Of a stretch of 64,000 bases of DNA, positions 41,721 to 50,957 are shown in pieces. A model generated the notes under the pieces. That model made no database searches. It had not been told where the DNA came from and worked only from the letters and a program-made list of their open reading frames with translations. The position numbers and the translations under genes are program-made. The stretch's first letter is position 1. Each line of letters begins with the position of its first letter. This DNA is from Spirochaetia bacterium. GTDB taxonomy: Bacteria; Spirochaetota; Spirochaetia; DSM-16054; Sediminispirochaetaceae. The DNA lies in assembly GCA_034520965.1 (NCBI GenBank), contig JAXHMY010000001.1, positions 800,001 through 864,000 of the forward strand, read 5' to 3'.

Positions 41721-43175
41721 TCATACCAACTCCCGCACCTTCTTCAAAACCTCGGCGCTCTCCTTATCCAGCGCGGCTATCTCATTCAGTATCTCCTGCG
41801 GATCCCGCAATACAGTGTCGTCCTTTTTATTTGGGTTTTTAACCGATAGGTCGAAGGTCTCTTCGTTCACATCATTTATATCGAGGCTCCAGGAATTGTC
41901 CGAGTCGGCCTGTATCTTCTGCAGCTCTACAAACTCGGCAAGATCCTGCTCGTTCAGTGGATTGGTTTTGCCCAGGTTCCGTCCTGGGTTGAGCTGGTAG
42001 TACCATATCTTTTTGGTCGGTTCACCCTTTTCAAAAAAGAGTACCACAGTCTTCACCCCGGCTCCCTGGAACACGCCGCCGGGAAGATCAAGCACGGTAT
42101 GCAGATTACAGCTTTCCAGAAGGGTCTTGCGCAGGGATATGGAGGCGTTGTCGGTGTTGGAAAGGAATGTGTTTTTAATAACCACACCGGCTCTGCCGCC
42201 GGCTTTGAGTCTCTTGATGAAGTGCTGAAGAAAAAGAAAGGCTGTTTCACCTGTTTTTATAGGGAAATTCTGCTGAACCTCCTTGCGCTCTTTCCCACCG
42301 AACGGAGGATTTGCCAGAATTACATTGAAACGGTCTTTTTCCTGTATGTCGCTGATATTCTCCGAGAGGGTATTGGTGTGGATGATATTCGGCGCCTCGA
42401 TACCGTGGAGGATCATATTCATGGTACCGATAATATAGGCCAGTGATTTTTTCTCTTTGCCGTAAAAAGTCTTCTTTTGCAAGGTTTTCATGTTGCCGGT
42501 AGAAAGATTCTTTTCGCTTCTTAAATACTCAAAGGCTTCACAAAGAAAGCCCGCTGACCCGGCCGCACCGTCATAGATGGTTTCTCCGATTTCCGGCTTC
42601 ACCACTTTAACAATGGTTCTTATAAGCGGCCGTGGAGTATAGTATTCTCCGCCGTTGCGGCCGGCGTTCCCCATGTTCTGAATCTTGCCCTCATACAGGT
42701 GGCTCATCTCATGCTTTTCTTTCTGGCTTCTGAATCGCAGTTCGTCAACCAGATTAATAATTTCCCGCAGGTTGTAACCGCTCTGTATCTTGTTTTTTAG
42801 CTCACTGAAAATCTCACCAATCTTGTATTCGATGGTGTCCGGATTATCTGCCTGGGTTTTGAAACTCCGTAAATAGGGAAAAAGTTTCTGGTCGACAAAA
42901 TCCCGCAGATCATCACCGGTCAAAGCCTTATGATGGTCAAGTTTCCCTTCTTTCGTTTTGGGGGCCGCCCATACATTCCATTTGTACTCGTCTGCAATGA
43001 TAGATGAATATGATTTTGATGAAAGCCTGGCCGCAGCTTCCTTGTCCTTCTCAAGGTCATCGAGGTATTTCAGAAAAAGAACCCAGGAGGTCTGTTCCAC
43101 ATAATCCAGCTCACTGGAACATCCGGCATCTTTCCAGAGGGTGTCGTCGATATTCTTAAAGGTCTGTTCAAACAT
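41721..43175 (-). CDS. hsdM: Type I R-M N6-adenine methyltransferase
   Basis: GEYYTPR, DGAAGSAGFL, NPPF. Confidence 0.95.
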   Translation of the reverse strand: MFEQTFKNIDDTLWKDAGCSSELDYVEQTSWVLFLKYLDDLEKDKEAAARLSSKSYSSIIADEYKWNVWAAPKTKEGKLDHHKALTGDDLRDFVDQKLFPYLRSFKTQADNPDTIEYKIGEIFSELKNKIQSGYNLREIINLVDELRFRSQKEKHEMSHLYEGKIQNMGNAGRNGGEYYTPRPLIRTIVKVVKPEIGETIYDGAAGSAGFLCEAFEYLRSEKNLSTGNMKTLQKKTFYGKEKKSLAYIIGTMNMILHGIEAPNIIHTNTLSENISDIQEKDRFNVILANPPFGGKERKEVQQNFPIKTGETAFLFLQHFIKRLKAGGRAGVVIKNTFLSNTDNASISLRKTLLESCNLHTVLDLPGGVFQGAGVKTVVLFFEKGEPTKKIWYYQLNPGRNLGKTNPLNEQDLAEFVELQKIQADSDNSWSLDINDVNEETFDLSVKNPNKKDDTVLRDPQEILNEIAALDKESAEVLKKVRELV

Positions 43176-43232
43176 ATTCTTTACTCATTCCTTTCTTTTT
43201 TCTCTGCCATGGACTTGGTGCGGTATTGCCTT

Positions 43233-43319
43233 TAACTTCCCGCGAGTACCCGAAGTTGGCGACCGACGGGAACCAATTTGGGCGAAGGCCGAATGGCCGT
43301 AGTCAGATACTCGCTGTTA
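43233..43319 (-). repeat. attC-like site 1
   Basis: TAAC-ttccc-GCGAGTA...TACTCGC-t-GTTA. Confidence 0.85.
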
Positions 43320-43329
43320 TCTGCTGTGC

Positions 43330-43589
43330 CTATTTTTTCCATTCTGCATAATGATCTGTGTATGTATCTAAAACTTTACGAATCATTTGTTGATATGGAA
43401 TATGTGTTTCTTCCGAGATTCGTTTGAAGAAATCAATGCTTTTTTTTGAAAGTGAGATGGTTACCTTCTTTGTCTCTTCTTTTGGTATTAACAACTCTGG
43501 TGGGGGAGTACATTTTCAATCTCGTTAGCTTCTAACAATGCTTCTCGTATGTCTTCCGGTGCCTCTTCATATTTAAAATTTTTCTTCAT
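43330..43589 (-). CDS. CopG/BrnA-like antitoxin, homopolymer frameshift; absent from ORF track
   Basis: Hand translation MKKNFKYEEAP...VLP/PPELL..KKVTISLSKKSIDFFK...IPYQQMIRKVLD. Confidence 0.7.
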
Positions 43590-43849
43590 ACCGCTGTTTT
43601 CCTTCACGCCAATATCCGGCGCCAACCAATCTTATAGCATTCTTTCGTATTGTAAACCTTACAGTGACGATTCCAGATTCAATTTTCCCAATACAAAAGA
43701 ACCTATCTTCATCGATACTATGCTTTTTATCTTCTAAAATTATCCTTTTAGAATCTAAAAAAGCAAATTGTGCTTCTTCGAATGAGATATTGTGTTTCTC
43801 TTTGTTAAGTACATTCTTATTCTCATCCCATATAAAGGCTCATAGACAT
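43573..43849 (-). CDS. BrnT-family toxin, frameshift just after start; absent from ORF track
   Basis: Hand translation FIWDENKNVLNKEKHNISFEEAQFAF.D...HSIDEDRF..IG. Confidence 0.75.
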
Positions 43850-43896
43850 ACACGACCTACTAACGACATTATATACAAGAAAATGGGCATTGCAGA

Positions 43897-43980
43897 CAGA
43901 CGTCTGCGAGTACCCGGAGTTGGCGAATGCAGAATGTGCCGAAGGCCAAGGCCGAAGCTCGCCGCATATACGCCCTGTTA
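43897..43980 (-). repeat. attC-like site 2, degenerate and chimeric
   Basis: Left core CAGAC instead of TAAC; the two halves resemble different site subtypes. Confidence 0.7.
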
Positions 43981-43996
43981 TCGGAAGTTTGGACGA

Positions 43997-44290
43997 TCAC
44001 GAGACTTTCATCCTTTGGATTCCACTCAATTCATCTCCAATTTTTGACCGCTCTTCTTCAAGATCATAATCATCTTGAAGCCCCAACCAGAATTGTGCAG
44101 AATTGCCAAAAAACTCAGAAAGCCTCAAGGCTGTATCTGCTGTTATTCTGCGTCGGCCTTGTAGTATCTGTGAAATTCGTGTTTGTGGTATTTTTATTTC
44201 TTTTGCTAACCTGTATGCAGTAATACCAAATGGTTCAAGAAATTCTTCCTGTAATATTTCTCCCGGGTGTATATTTCGTAACCTATCCAT
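43997..44290 (-). CDS. higA: HigA antitoxin
   Basis: IHPGEILQEEFL, ITADTALRL..FFG.SAQFWLGLQ. Confidence 0.92.
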   Translation of the reverse strand: MDRLRNIHPGEILQEEFLEPFGITAYRLAKEIKIPQTRISQILQGRRRITADTALRLSEFFGNSAQFWLGLQDDYDLEEERSKIGDELSGIQRMKVS

Positions 44291-44302
44291 AATTATCTCC
44301 TA

Positions 44303-44584
44303 TTAATGGTAATCCACAATTTCTACGTTCAATGCATTTCCATTTTGCCATTGAAAACATATCCTCCATTGTGAATTGATTCTAATGCTGTAAAGCCCTT
44401 CTCTGTCTCCTTTTAAGGATTCCAATCTATTATTGGGAGGAATCCTTAAATCATTAAGATCTTGTGCATTGTTCAACATTCTCAGTTTTTTTCTGGCTGG
44501 ATTTTGAATATCTATTGGTAGCTTCAATGATGTATTTCCATTCCAGATCTTTTCTGTTTCTTTAGATCTGAATCCGATGATCAT
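44303..44584 (-). CDS. higB: HigB toxin
   Basis: DLRIPPNNRLESLKGDR.G.YSIRINSQWRICF. Confidence 0.92.
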   Translation of the reverse strand: MIIGFRSKETEKIWNGNTSLKLPIDIQNPARKKLRMLNNAQDLNDLRIPPNNRLESLKGDREGLYSIRINSQWRICFQWQNGNALNVEIVDYH

Positions 44585-44661
44585 ACTTAGAATACTAACG
44601 GCTTGTGATAGTATTGTCAAGTAATATTATCGTAATCATTGCTTCGTCCGAATTTCCGAAG

Positions 44662-44746
44662 TAACGTTTTGCCGTGTAGCCGAAAGTTGGCGACCAATGA
44701 GAGCCAATTTTGGCGGAGCATAGCGGAGGCCGGGTACTCGTTGTTA
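44662..44746 (-). repeat. attC-like site 3
   Basis: TAAC...GTTA; vapC stop codon in the core. Confidence 0.8.
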
Positions 44747-45157
44747 TGTGATGTTTGGCTCAACAATCCAGTTTTCAATTTTTATTTCCGGTACCCTTTC
44801 GAATTCCTTTACATTATTTGTAACTATGCAAAGGTCTCTTGAAATACATTGAGCTGCTATCTGTAGATCGTATGGACCTATTGGTGTTCCTTTTTTATTC
44901 AAATGAACCCTAAGAAATCCAAAATTTTCGCAATCCTTTTCTGAAAAAGGAATTATTTCAAAAGGAGTAAGAAACTCCAATAATGTATCTCTATTATTCT
45001 TTGGATAGAAGCTTTTGGCAATTCCATATTCCAGTTCTGCTACAGTAACTGCAGATATGGCAATATTAAAGGTGTCCTTTTCTAAAACTTTTTCAATTAA
45101 AGTAGGATACTTCTTTTTTATTAAGTAGATGCATATGTTGGTATCAAGAAGATACAT
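44744..45157 (-). CDS. vapC: VapC PIN toxin
   Basis: YLLDTNICI, IGPYDLQIAA, VTNNVKEFER. Confidence 0.92.
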   Translation of the reverse strand: MYLLDTNICIYLIKKKYPTLIEKVLEKDTFNIAISAVTVAELEYGIAKSFYPKNNRDTLLEFLTPFEIIPFSEKDCENFGFLRVHLNKKGTPIGPYDLQIAAQCISRDLCIVTNNVKEFERVPEIKIENWIVEPNIT

Positions 45158-45387
45158 TAGAAAAAATCCCTTTCCTGCTGTTCCGGTTGTTCTCTTCCAT
45201 TTTTAAAAACATCATCAGAAAACTTATCCAGACTTTCTTCAAATGTTCTCCACAAGTCGTCTTTTGATGTGAGAATAATTGATTTGCCAACTTTTTGAAT
45301 ATATAGTTCTTTCTCATCAATAAAAAATTCTTTGGGTATACGTATAGCTTGGCTGTTTCCGCTTTTAAATACTTTAACCGTTTGCAT
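45157..45387 (-). CDS. vapB: VapB (AbrB-fold) antitoxin
   Basis: KVFKSGNSQAIRIPKEF. Confidence 0.9.
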   Translation of the reverse strand: MQTVKVFKSGNSQAIRIPKEFFIDEKELYIQKVGKSIILTSKDDLWRTFEESLDKFSDDVFKNGREQPEQQERDFF

Positions 45388-45449
45388 ATTGTCCTCCTTC
45401 ATAGAGGTATATACTTGTGTGTATACATTGTCAAGAGCCAAATATCACG

Positions 45450-45537
45450 TAACGTTCCCGGGGTTTATGACATTTGCCCGCAGGGCAAATGTGCCAAAGG
45501 CCAAGGAGCGGTGCAACGCCGCATATACCCCGTGTTA
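45450..45537 (-). repeat. attC-like site 4 (subtype shared with site 19)
   Basis: TAAC-gttcc-CGGGGT...ACCCCG-t-GTTA, inner ATTTGCCC-GCA-GGGCAAAT. Confidence 0.85.
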
Positions 45538-45554
45538 TTCGCTGTTTTTATTCT

Positions 45555-45869
45555 TTAGTATGCTTTGTCTCTTTGTTCCATGGACGTTATAGAAACTATT
45601 TGTATTGAGTCATCAATGATATAAAAAACTCGATAATCTCCTACCCGATAGCGCCAAGTTTCAGGAGACCAATTTCGAAGTTTTTTAATGTTTTTTCCAT
45701 AATACGGATTAACACGTAATTGGGGATAAACATAATTATGAATTTTCTGATATCTAGAATCAGTTTCCTTAATCCTGAGTCTCTTTAAATCCTTAAGGAA
45801 CTGATCAGTTTCAAAGATTTTAAATAAATCAGGCAAATCGGCCTCTACCTTTTGAGGCATCAATCGCAC
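45555..45869 (-). CDS. RelE/ParE-family toxin; true start probably near 45837
   Basis: NIKKL....ETWRYRVGDYRVFY.ID. Confidence 0.85.
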   Translation of the reverse strand: MRLMPQKVEADLPDLFKIFETDQFLKDLKRLRIKETDSRYQKIHNYVYPQLRVNPYYGKNIKKLRNWSPETWRYRVGDYRVFYIIDDSIQIVSITSMEQRDKAY

Positions 45870-46068
45870 CTTGTTTTAAGCGATCAACCAATTCTGGGTT
45901 ACCTGAAATGCTTTCCATTTCGAATTCATCAACATAGTCAACTTCATCTATATATCGCTTGGTAGCAGTTTCGATGAAGTTTGAAATAGATCGATTTTCT
46001 GCTGCAGCATGAATCTTCAGAGATTGATATAATGTGTTATCTACCCTTAATGAAATAGTTTTAGACAT
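45829..46068 (-). CDS. Ribbon-helix-helix antitoxin
   Basis: KTISLRVD...AAAENRSISNFIE. Confidence 0.8.
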   Translation of the reverse strand: MSKTISLRVDNTLYQSLKIHAAAENRSISNFIETATKRYIDEVDYVDEFEMESISGNPELVDRLKQGAIDASKGRGRFA

Positions 46069-46150
46069 AGTTAACCTCCGTATACAATGTATTCTTATGT
46101 AATTAATTTAATTCAAAAAAGAAAAAAATGTCAAGAATAAAAATAACGCA

Positions 46151-46237
46151 TAACGTTTCGCGAGTACCCGAAGTTGGCGACCAACGGGAACCAATTTGGG
46201 CGAAGGCCGAATGGCCGGAGCCGGGTACTCGCTGTTA
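46151..46237 (-). repeat. attC-like site 5
   Basis: TAAC-gtttc-GCGAGTACCCG...CGGGTACTCGC-t-GTTA. Confidence 0.9.
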
Positions 46238-46265
46238 TCGGAAGGTTTTGGTGGTTCATTTCAAC

Positions 46266-46660
46266 TTACATAAGCGCTATCTTAATCTTCTTTCCTAAAG
46301 CCTTTGCTACTTTTTCTATTGTTGATAGTTTAATATCCTCCGAATGATTTTCCATCCTCGATATAACACTTTTTGTTGTATTAATTCTATTTGCTAACTC
46401 TTCACCGGATATTCCTTCATTTTTTATTCTTTTATCTACGTAATCATTGAGATTCATGTTTTTTCCTCCTAAAATAGTCTGTCTTATAAGTTTCAGCTTT
46501 TTTTATTTCATTTCGAGATGTCTTTTGTGTTTTCTTAATAATTCCAAGTGTTATTACAATCAGATTATTCTTAACCCAAAAACTGAACAACCTGTAAATG
46601 TTTGTATTAACCTTTATTCTTACTTCCCAAATTCCATCAGTTGATGCCAATTTCTTCTAT
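46266..46660 (-). pseudogene. Decayed copy of the Gp49/RelE-like toxin + XRE-HTH cassette
   Basis: Near-identical to 51655-52276; toxin 5' part missing, HTH has an 81-bp in-frame deletion. Confidence 0.85.
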
Positions 46661-46709
46661 TATTGATTTGTTCTTTTCTGTGTGTTCTGTGCATTTCGTG
46701 GTTCTTTCT

Positions 46710-47315
46710 TCACAGCTCATCGGTCTTAAATTCGCTGTAGCCTTCATAGAAATAGCTGACATCGATGCCTTTCATAAACAGGGAGTGGTCATCAATCTGA
46801 TCGGTCAATGCGCTTTTTAACAGTTCTTTGATTTCCACATCTTTGACCGGACTGCGCTCCATGGCAGACAGGTATTCCTCTTTATCGACCTGGTTCCAGT
46901 CGATGACCTTCCGAATCTCTTTTTTCAGGATGAGATCTAACCAGATGCGGGTAGCGCGGCCGTTACCTTCCCGAAAGGGATGGGCAATGTTCATCTCGAC
47001 ATATTTTTCGATTATCTCATCAAAGTTGCTCTGCGGCATGGTCTCGATGTGTTTGAGCGAGTGTTCCAGATACATAATCGGCGCAAAACGGAAATTGCCT
47101 TTGGTGATATTCACGTCACGGATACTGCCGGCAAAATCATAAATCTCACCAAACAGATAGGTATGAATGAAGGCCAGTCCTTTAAAGGTGCCGACATTTA
47201 CTTGTTGAATGTCGCCCGACTCAAACAGTTGCTTGGCTTTTTGTTTGCTGATCTTTTCTTCGGCTTTGGCCAGCTCAATTTGATCGGTGATGCCCAGTTT
47301 GTTTTCCAGAATCAT
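46710..47315 (-). CDS. fic: Fic-domain AMPylase (class III, NmFic-like)
   Basis: [13 protein letters not shown]-terminal SYFYEG inhibitory motif. Confidence 0.9.
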   Translation of the reverse strand: MILENKLGITDQIELAKAEEKISKQKAKQLFESGDIQQVNVGTFKGLAFIHTYLFGEIYDFAGSIRDVNITKGNFRFAPIMYLEHSLKHIETMPQSNFDEIIEKYVEMNIAHPFREGNGRATRIWLDLILKKEIRKVIDWNQVDKEEYLSAMERSPVKDVEIKELLKSALTDQIDDHSLFMKGIDVSYFYEGYSEFKTDEL

Positions 47316-47331
47316 ATCTTACCTTTTTTTT

Positions 47332-47409
47332 TAACTACGGAATACACAGAATACACTAAAAGCTTTTTAATAAAACTCTTCTTCCGTGTTTTCAATGTGT
47401 TCTGTGGTT
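47332..47409. repeat. Second-family AAC...GTT palindromic element with 9-bp periodic arms; half copy at 46677-46703
   Basis: AACTACGGAATACACAGAATACAC...GTGTTTTCAATGTGTTCTGTGGTT. Confidence 0.7.
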
Positions 47410-47411
47410 TA

Positions 47412-47663
47412 CTATTCTTCTTTCTCATGCGTCACCGCCTTTTTTACGGCTCTCTTTTTTGGCCTGTTTTCCAGTGCGGCGATGGTTTCAAGGTAGTCTT
47501 TTTCCACGTTTACCAGCGTTTTTCCTTTGGGAGTCTGAAAGAGCTTGACAATCTGACCCTGGGTCAGGTAGATGGGTTCGTTCTGCAGGATAGTGTCTAC
47601 TTTTATATCACCTTCAGGAGTTGTGTAGACGATTATTTGGTATTGTTTAGACTCTTTCTTCAT
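47412..47663 (-). pseudogene. Internally deleted RhuM-like gene
   Basis: N-terminus aligns with 38270-39292 (IIVYTTPEGDIKVDTILQNEPIYLTQ vs IILYKTTDGNIKIDTVFQNETIWLTQ). Confidence 0.7.
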
Positions 47664-47701
47664 GCTATTTTTCTCCCATCATCTTGGTGCGGTATTGCCT
47701 A

Positions 47702-47783
47702 TAACGTTCCGCGTGTAGCCAAAGTTGGCGCCCAACGGGAGCCTATTTTGGCGGAGCATAGCGGAACCAGCTATTTGCTGTTA
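47702..47783 (-). repeat. attC-like site 6
   Basis: TAAC...GTTA with the shared AAGTTGGC...CAACGGGAGCC interior. Confidence 0.8.
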
Positions 47784-47804
47784 TCGGTAGTATTTTCAAT
47801 TCTG

Positions 47805-48023
47805 TTACGCTTCTTTAATAATATCCTCAAATGAATGGAATTTTACTTTTCCTTTACTTTCAAGGGTTTCATATTTTTTTATCTCTTCCCTGTCAATAAT
47901 ATCTTCATACATATCATTCAACGATGTTTTTATTACAGTTGATTTATCTTTTTCTAAATAGTCAGTCAGAAAGAAAAGCATCTTTTCCTCTTCTTCGGTT
48001 AGTCTTATTGATACAACACTCAT
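47805..48023 (-). CDS. RHH (DUF6290-like) antitoxin
   Basis: SVVSIRLTEEE...KSTVIK; overlaps toxin stop. Confidence 0.7.
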   Translation of the reverse strand: MSVVSIRLTEEEEKMLFFLTDYLEKDKSTVIKTSLNDMYEDIIDREEIKKYETLESKGKVKFHSFEDIIKEA

Positions 48024-48298
48024 TTATACACATCCTCCCTCTTGGAGATTTTTACTACGATAATATCATCTTCCTGGAAATAAAATATTGCTCGATATTT
48101 TCCTTTCCTTAATCTAAAATACTCACGTAATTCTGATCCTTGCAATCTTTTAATATCAAATAGGGTCAAATCTTTTGTGAGTTCTAGTGATTGAAAAGCA
48201 TGGTGCATATGCTCAAATATGTGCTTTGGAATCAATCCTCTTTTATATGCTTTTAAAACAGCATTTTCATATTTGATCATGTAAACATTGTAATACAA
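48020..48298 (-). CDS. RelE-like toxin
   Basis: DIKRLQG....YFRLRKGKYRAIF...REDVYK. Confidence 0.8.
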   Translation of the reverse strand: MYYNVYMIKYENAVLKAYKRGLIPKHIFEHMHHAFQSLELTKDLTLFDIKRLQGSELREYFRLRKGKYRAIFYFQEDDIIVVKISKREDVYK

Positions 48299-48337
48299 AG
48301 TGTGAGTTTTATCAAGAAATCTTGAAAATATTTCCGA

Positions 48338-48424
48338 TAACGTTCCGCGGCTATGCGAAGTTGGCGACCAACGGGAGCCAATTTGGGCGGAGGCTGAAGG
48401 GCCGTAGCCGGGTACTCGCTGTTA
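48338..48424 (-). repeat. attC-like site 7
   Basis: TAAC...GTTA; left arm GCGGCTATGCG mismatches right arm. Confidence 0.8.
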
Positions 48425-48441
48425 TGTGATGTATCGTGATA

Positions 48442-48735
48442 CTATGAAGCTTTAACATGTGGGATCTTCTCTAATTCCTGTGCTATATGCTTCTTTTCTT
48501 CGCGTAAATCATACTCATCTTGTATCCCGAGCCAAAAATCCGCTGAATTACCAAAGTACTTGGAAAAGCGTAGGGCCGTATCAGCGGTGATCCTGCGATT
48601 GCCTTTAATAATTTGTGATATCCTCGTTGCCGGGACATTCGTATCCTTTGCCAGCCTGTAAGCTGTTATATTCATTGGTTTAAGAAACTCTTCCAATAAA
48701 ATTTCTCCCGGTGTAATTGTTGGTATCTTTTCCAT
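48442..48735 (-). CDS. higA: HigA antitoxin, second paralogue
   Basis: TPGEILLEEFL, ITADTALRF..YFG. Confidence 0.92.
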   Translation of the reverse strand: MEKIPTITPGEILLEEFLKPMNITAYRLAKDTNVPATRISQIIKGNRRITADTALRFSKYFGNSADFWLGIQDEYDLREEKKHIAQELEKIPHVKAS

Positions 48736-48749
48736 GCTTTTACCCTCAG

Positions 48750-49031
48750 TTAATGATAATCTGTAATCTCAACTTCACTTGCAGCTCCATTATTCCAGTT
48801 GAAGCAGATCCTCCATTGATTATTTATTCTAATACTATATTGTCCTTTCCTATTCCCTGCTAATTGCTCCAATCTATTGCCAGGAGGGACCCTCAAATCG
48901 TTTAAATCTTTTGCTCTGTGCAATACAATCAGCTTCCTTAATGCAACTTTTTGCATTTCTTTGGGAAATCTCTTTGAATAGATTTCTTCCCATATTTTTT
49001 CGGTAGCCTTATCTTTGAATGATTCGATCAC
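48750..49031 (-). CDS. higB: HigB toxin, second paralogue
   Basis: DLRVPPGNRLE.L.G.RKGQYSIRIN.QWRICF. Confidence 0.92.
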   Translation of the reverse strand: MIESFKDKATEKIWEEIYSKRFPKEMQKVALRKLIVLHRAKDLNDLRVPPGNRLEQLAGNRKGQYSIRINNQWRICFNWNNGAASEVEITDYH

Positions 49032-49099
49032 AACTTATATTAACCTATAACGTTAATAATGTAAAACGTTAATATTTCTTTCTATCTCGATATATAACA

Positions 49100-49186
49100 T
49101 AACGTCCCGCGAGTACCCGAAGTTGGCGAACAACGGGAGCCAATTTGAGCGGAGGCCGAAGGGCCGTAGCCGGGTACTCGCTGTTA
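49100..49186 (-). repeat. attC-like site 8
   Basis: TAAC-gtccc-GCGAGTACCCG...CGGGTACTCGC-t-GTTA. Confidence 0.9.
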
Positions 49187-49249
49187 AGCGACGGGCCAAG
49201 CTCATCTATATATGTATCTACATTGCCGCACTCTTCATTAAAGACATTA

Positions 49250-50023
49250 TTATTCCTTGATTGCTCTGGTTGCAATAAAAGAGTTAATATACGAATCTAA
49301 CAGATCTCCACCAGAAGAGTCTTCATAGAATCCTTTAATGGTAAATCCAACATCAATCTGACCGCCGATTTGATCCTGTAATGAATGTCCGAATTCTAGT
49401 GTTTCCTTATTCGCAATCCTTAATTCCAGTTGTTCTTTCGGAAGGTGTTCTAAATCAGAATACGGAATCCTATGTCTTACTGTAAGATTTTGATTAACAT
49501 CCCATTCATGCATATCAAAAATATATGTTATTGGGTTTCCAAAGCCTGCTAATAATGGTCCGCCTTTCTTTAGAACTCTATAACACTCTTTCCATACTTT
49601 ATTTACGTCGTCTATGAAGCAATTTGATACTGGATGAAATATCAAATCAAAACTATCATCAGCAAACCTCGATAAATCACGCATATCTCCTTGTTCAATT
49701 GCAATTGACAATCTTTCTCTTGCCGCAACCATCTTGTCTCTTTCGAGTTGATACGGGCTATTGTCAAGCACTGTTACTTCTGCCCCTGTGGCTGCTGCTA
49801 AAACTGGTCCTTGTTGTCCACCACCTGATGCTAAACATAGTATTTTCTTTCCATCAAGTTTTGGAAACCAATCTGAAGGTACAGGTTTGGTTGGTGTAAG
49901 TACGACACTCCATTTCCCCTTTCTGGCTTCCTCTATTTGTTGTGAATTTACAGGTTTGGTCCAAATATTCCCATCTTCGACCTGCTTATTCCACGCCTCA
50001 CGATTGTGATCCAGTATTTCCAT
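49250..50023 (-). CDS. Class I SAM-dependent methyltransferase cassette
   Basis: ILCLASGGGQQ, GDMRDL..F.D.SFDLI. Confidence 0.88.
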   Translation of the reverse strand: MEILDHNREAWNKQVEDGNIWTKPVNSQQIEEARKGKWSVVLTPTKPVPSDWFPKLDGKKILCLASGGGQQGPVLAAATGAEVTVLDNSPYQLERDKMVAARERLSIAIEQGDMRDLSRFADDSFDLIFHPVSNCFIDDVNKVWKECYRVLKKGGPLLAGFGNPITYIFDMHEWDVNQNLTVRHRIPYSDLEHLPKEQLELRIANKETLEFGHSLQDQIGGQIDVGFTIKGFYEDSSGGDLLDSYINSFIATRAIKE

Positions 50024-50116
50024 AGATAATATCTCCTCGTTAATTTAAACTAAATGAAAAGAACTGTTCTATAAATTTCGATGTGAAGCCGGACTTATCA
50101 AGTATGGGCTATCGCC

Positions 50117-50200
50117 TAACGTTACAGAAATATACGAAGTCCGGCTACGCCGCATTTGCCGAAGGCCAAGCCCGTAGGGCGCAGCGCATATTTCTTGTTA
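50117..50200 (-). repeat. attC-like site 9
   Basis: TAAC-gttac-AGAAATAT...ATATTTCT-t-GTTA. Confidence 0.8.
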
Positions 50201-50209
50201 TAAGACGTA

Positions 50210-50497
50210 TTACCTTTTTTGAGTGGTTAATGGGTCAGCTACAGTTTCAGAGTTCTCATAGATATTTTCCGGATCAATATCAATACAGTCATATGGATCA
50301 TAATTTCCAGAAAGATCCCAAGCAAGAGTATTATTCAAAACAGTACATTTGTTTTGAAAATCATCGATATTAGATATTCTAGAGAATACGCCTTTTCCTA
50401 GAAGCGGAGATACATCATATTTTTTTATAATCCCGTCGGAAAAGTAAACAAAAACAGTGAAATCTTTTTGAGGAAGTACTTGTACTACATCATGCAT
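50210..50497 (-). CDS. DUF2442 protein (putative antitoxin)
   Basis: VVQV.P..DFTV.VYFSDG....DV, TLAW, DIDPE.IY. Confidence 0.8.
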   Translation of the reverse strand: MHDVVQVLPQKDFTVFVYFSDGIIKKYDVSPLLGKGVFSRISNIDDFQNKCTVLNNTLAWDLSGNYDPYDCIDIDPENIYENSETVADPLTTQKR

Positions 50498-50507
50498 ATT
50501 GATCTCC

Positions 50508-50768
50508 TTACGTTAAGGGCTCCATCCGATGGATTTCTCCATGTTGTTTTGCGGAATTTCAATTTTGTAAAAGCTCATTTTCATGTAATTCACACCATGC
50601 TAAAACTAGTTTTAATTGTCTAGATGGCAAAGAACCCTTGATAACAACTGCATCATTTATTGACACAAGAGCTTTTTCATTGCCCTATTGAGCATGGAAA
50701 TGAGGAGGTGTATGATCATCCCAATACATATAAATTTTTATTCCGAAAAACTCGCATACTAATGGCAT
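50508..50768 (-). pseudogene. DUF4160 protein (putative toxin) with two in-frame stops
   Basis: MPLVCEFFGIKIYMYWDDHTPPHFHAQ*G...LLQN*NS; TAG 50685-50687, TGA 50559-50561. Confidence 0.85.
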
Positions 50769-50825
50769 GTAGACTCCTGTTGTCCATATTATACTAGAAA
50801 ATTTCAAAAAAGGTAATATGTCGTA

Positions 50826-50837
50826 TAACTCCCATTA
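50826..50837 (-). repeat. Collapsed attC-like site 10
   Basis: TAAC-TCCC-ATTA; both flanks match their partner cassette ends. Confidence 0.65.
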
Positions 50838-50866
50838 AATGTAGTGCCAGGCATTCTTCTCAGCTC

Positions 50867-50896
50867 TCCCTAAAGTACACGGATGTACTTTAGGGA
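50867..50896. terminator. Perfect 13-bp hairpin downstream of the SRPBCC gene
   Basis: TCCCTAAAGTACA-CGGA-TGTACTTTAGGGA. Confidence 0.55.
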
Positions 50897-50957
50897 ATTC
50901 CTTTTCAGCATTTTAAAACTATTAAACGAATATTTTCTGCCAAGTGTAATCCGGGCG

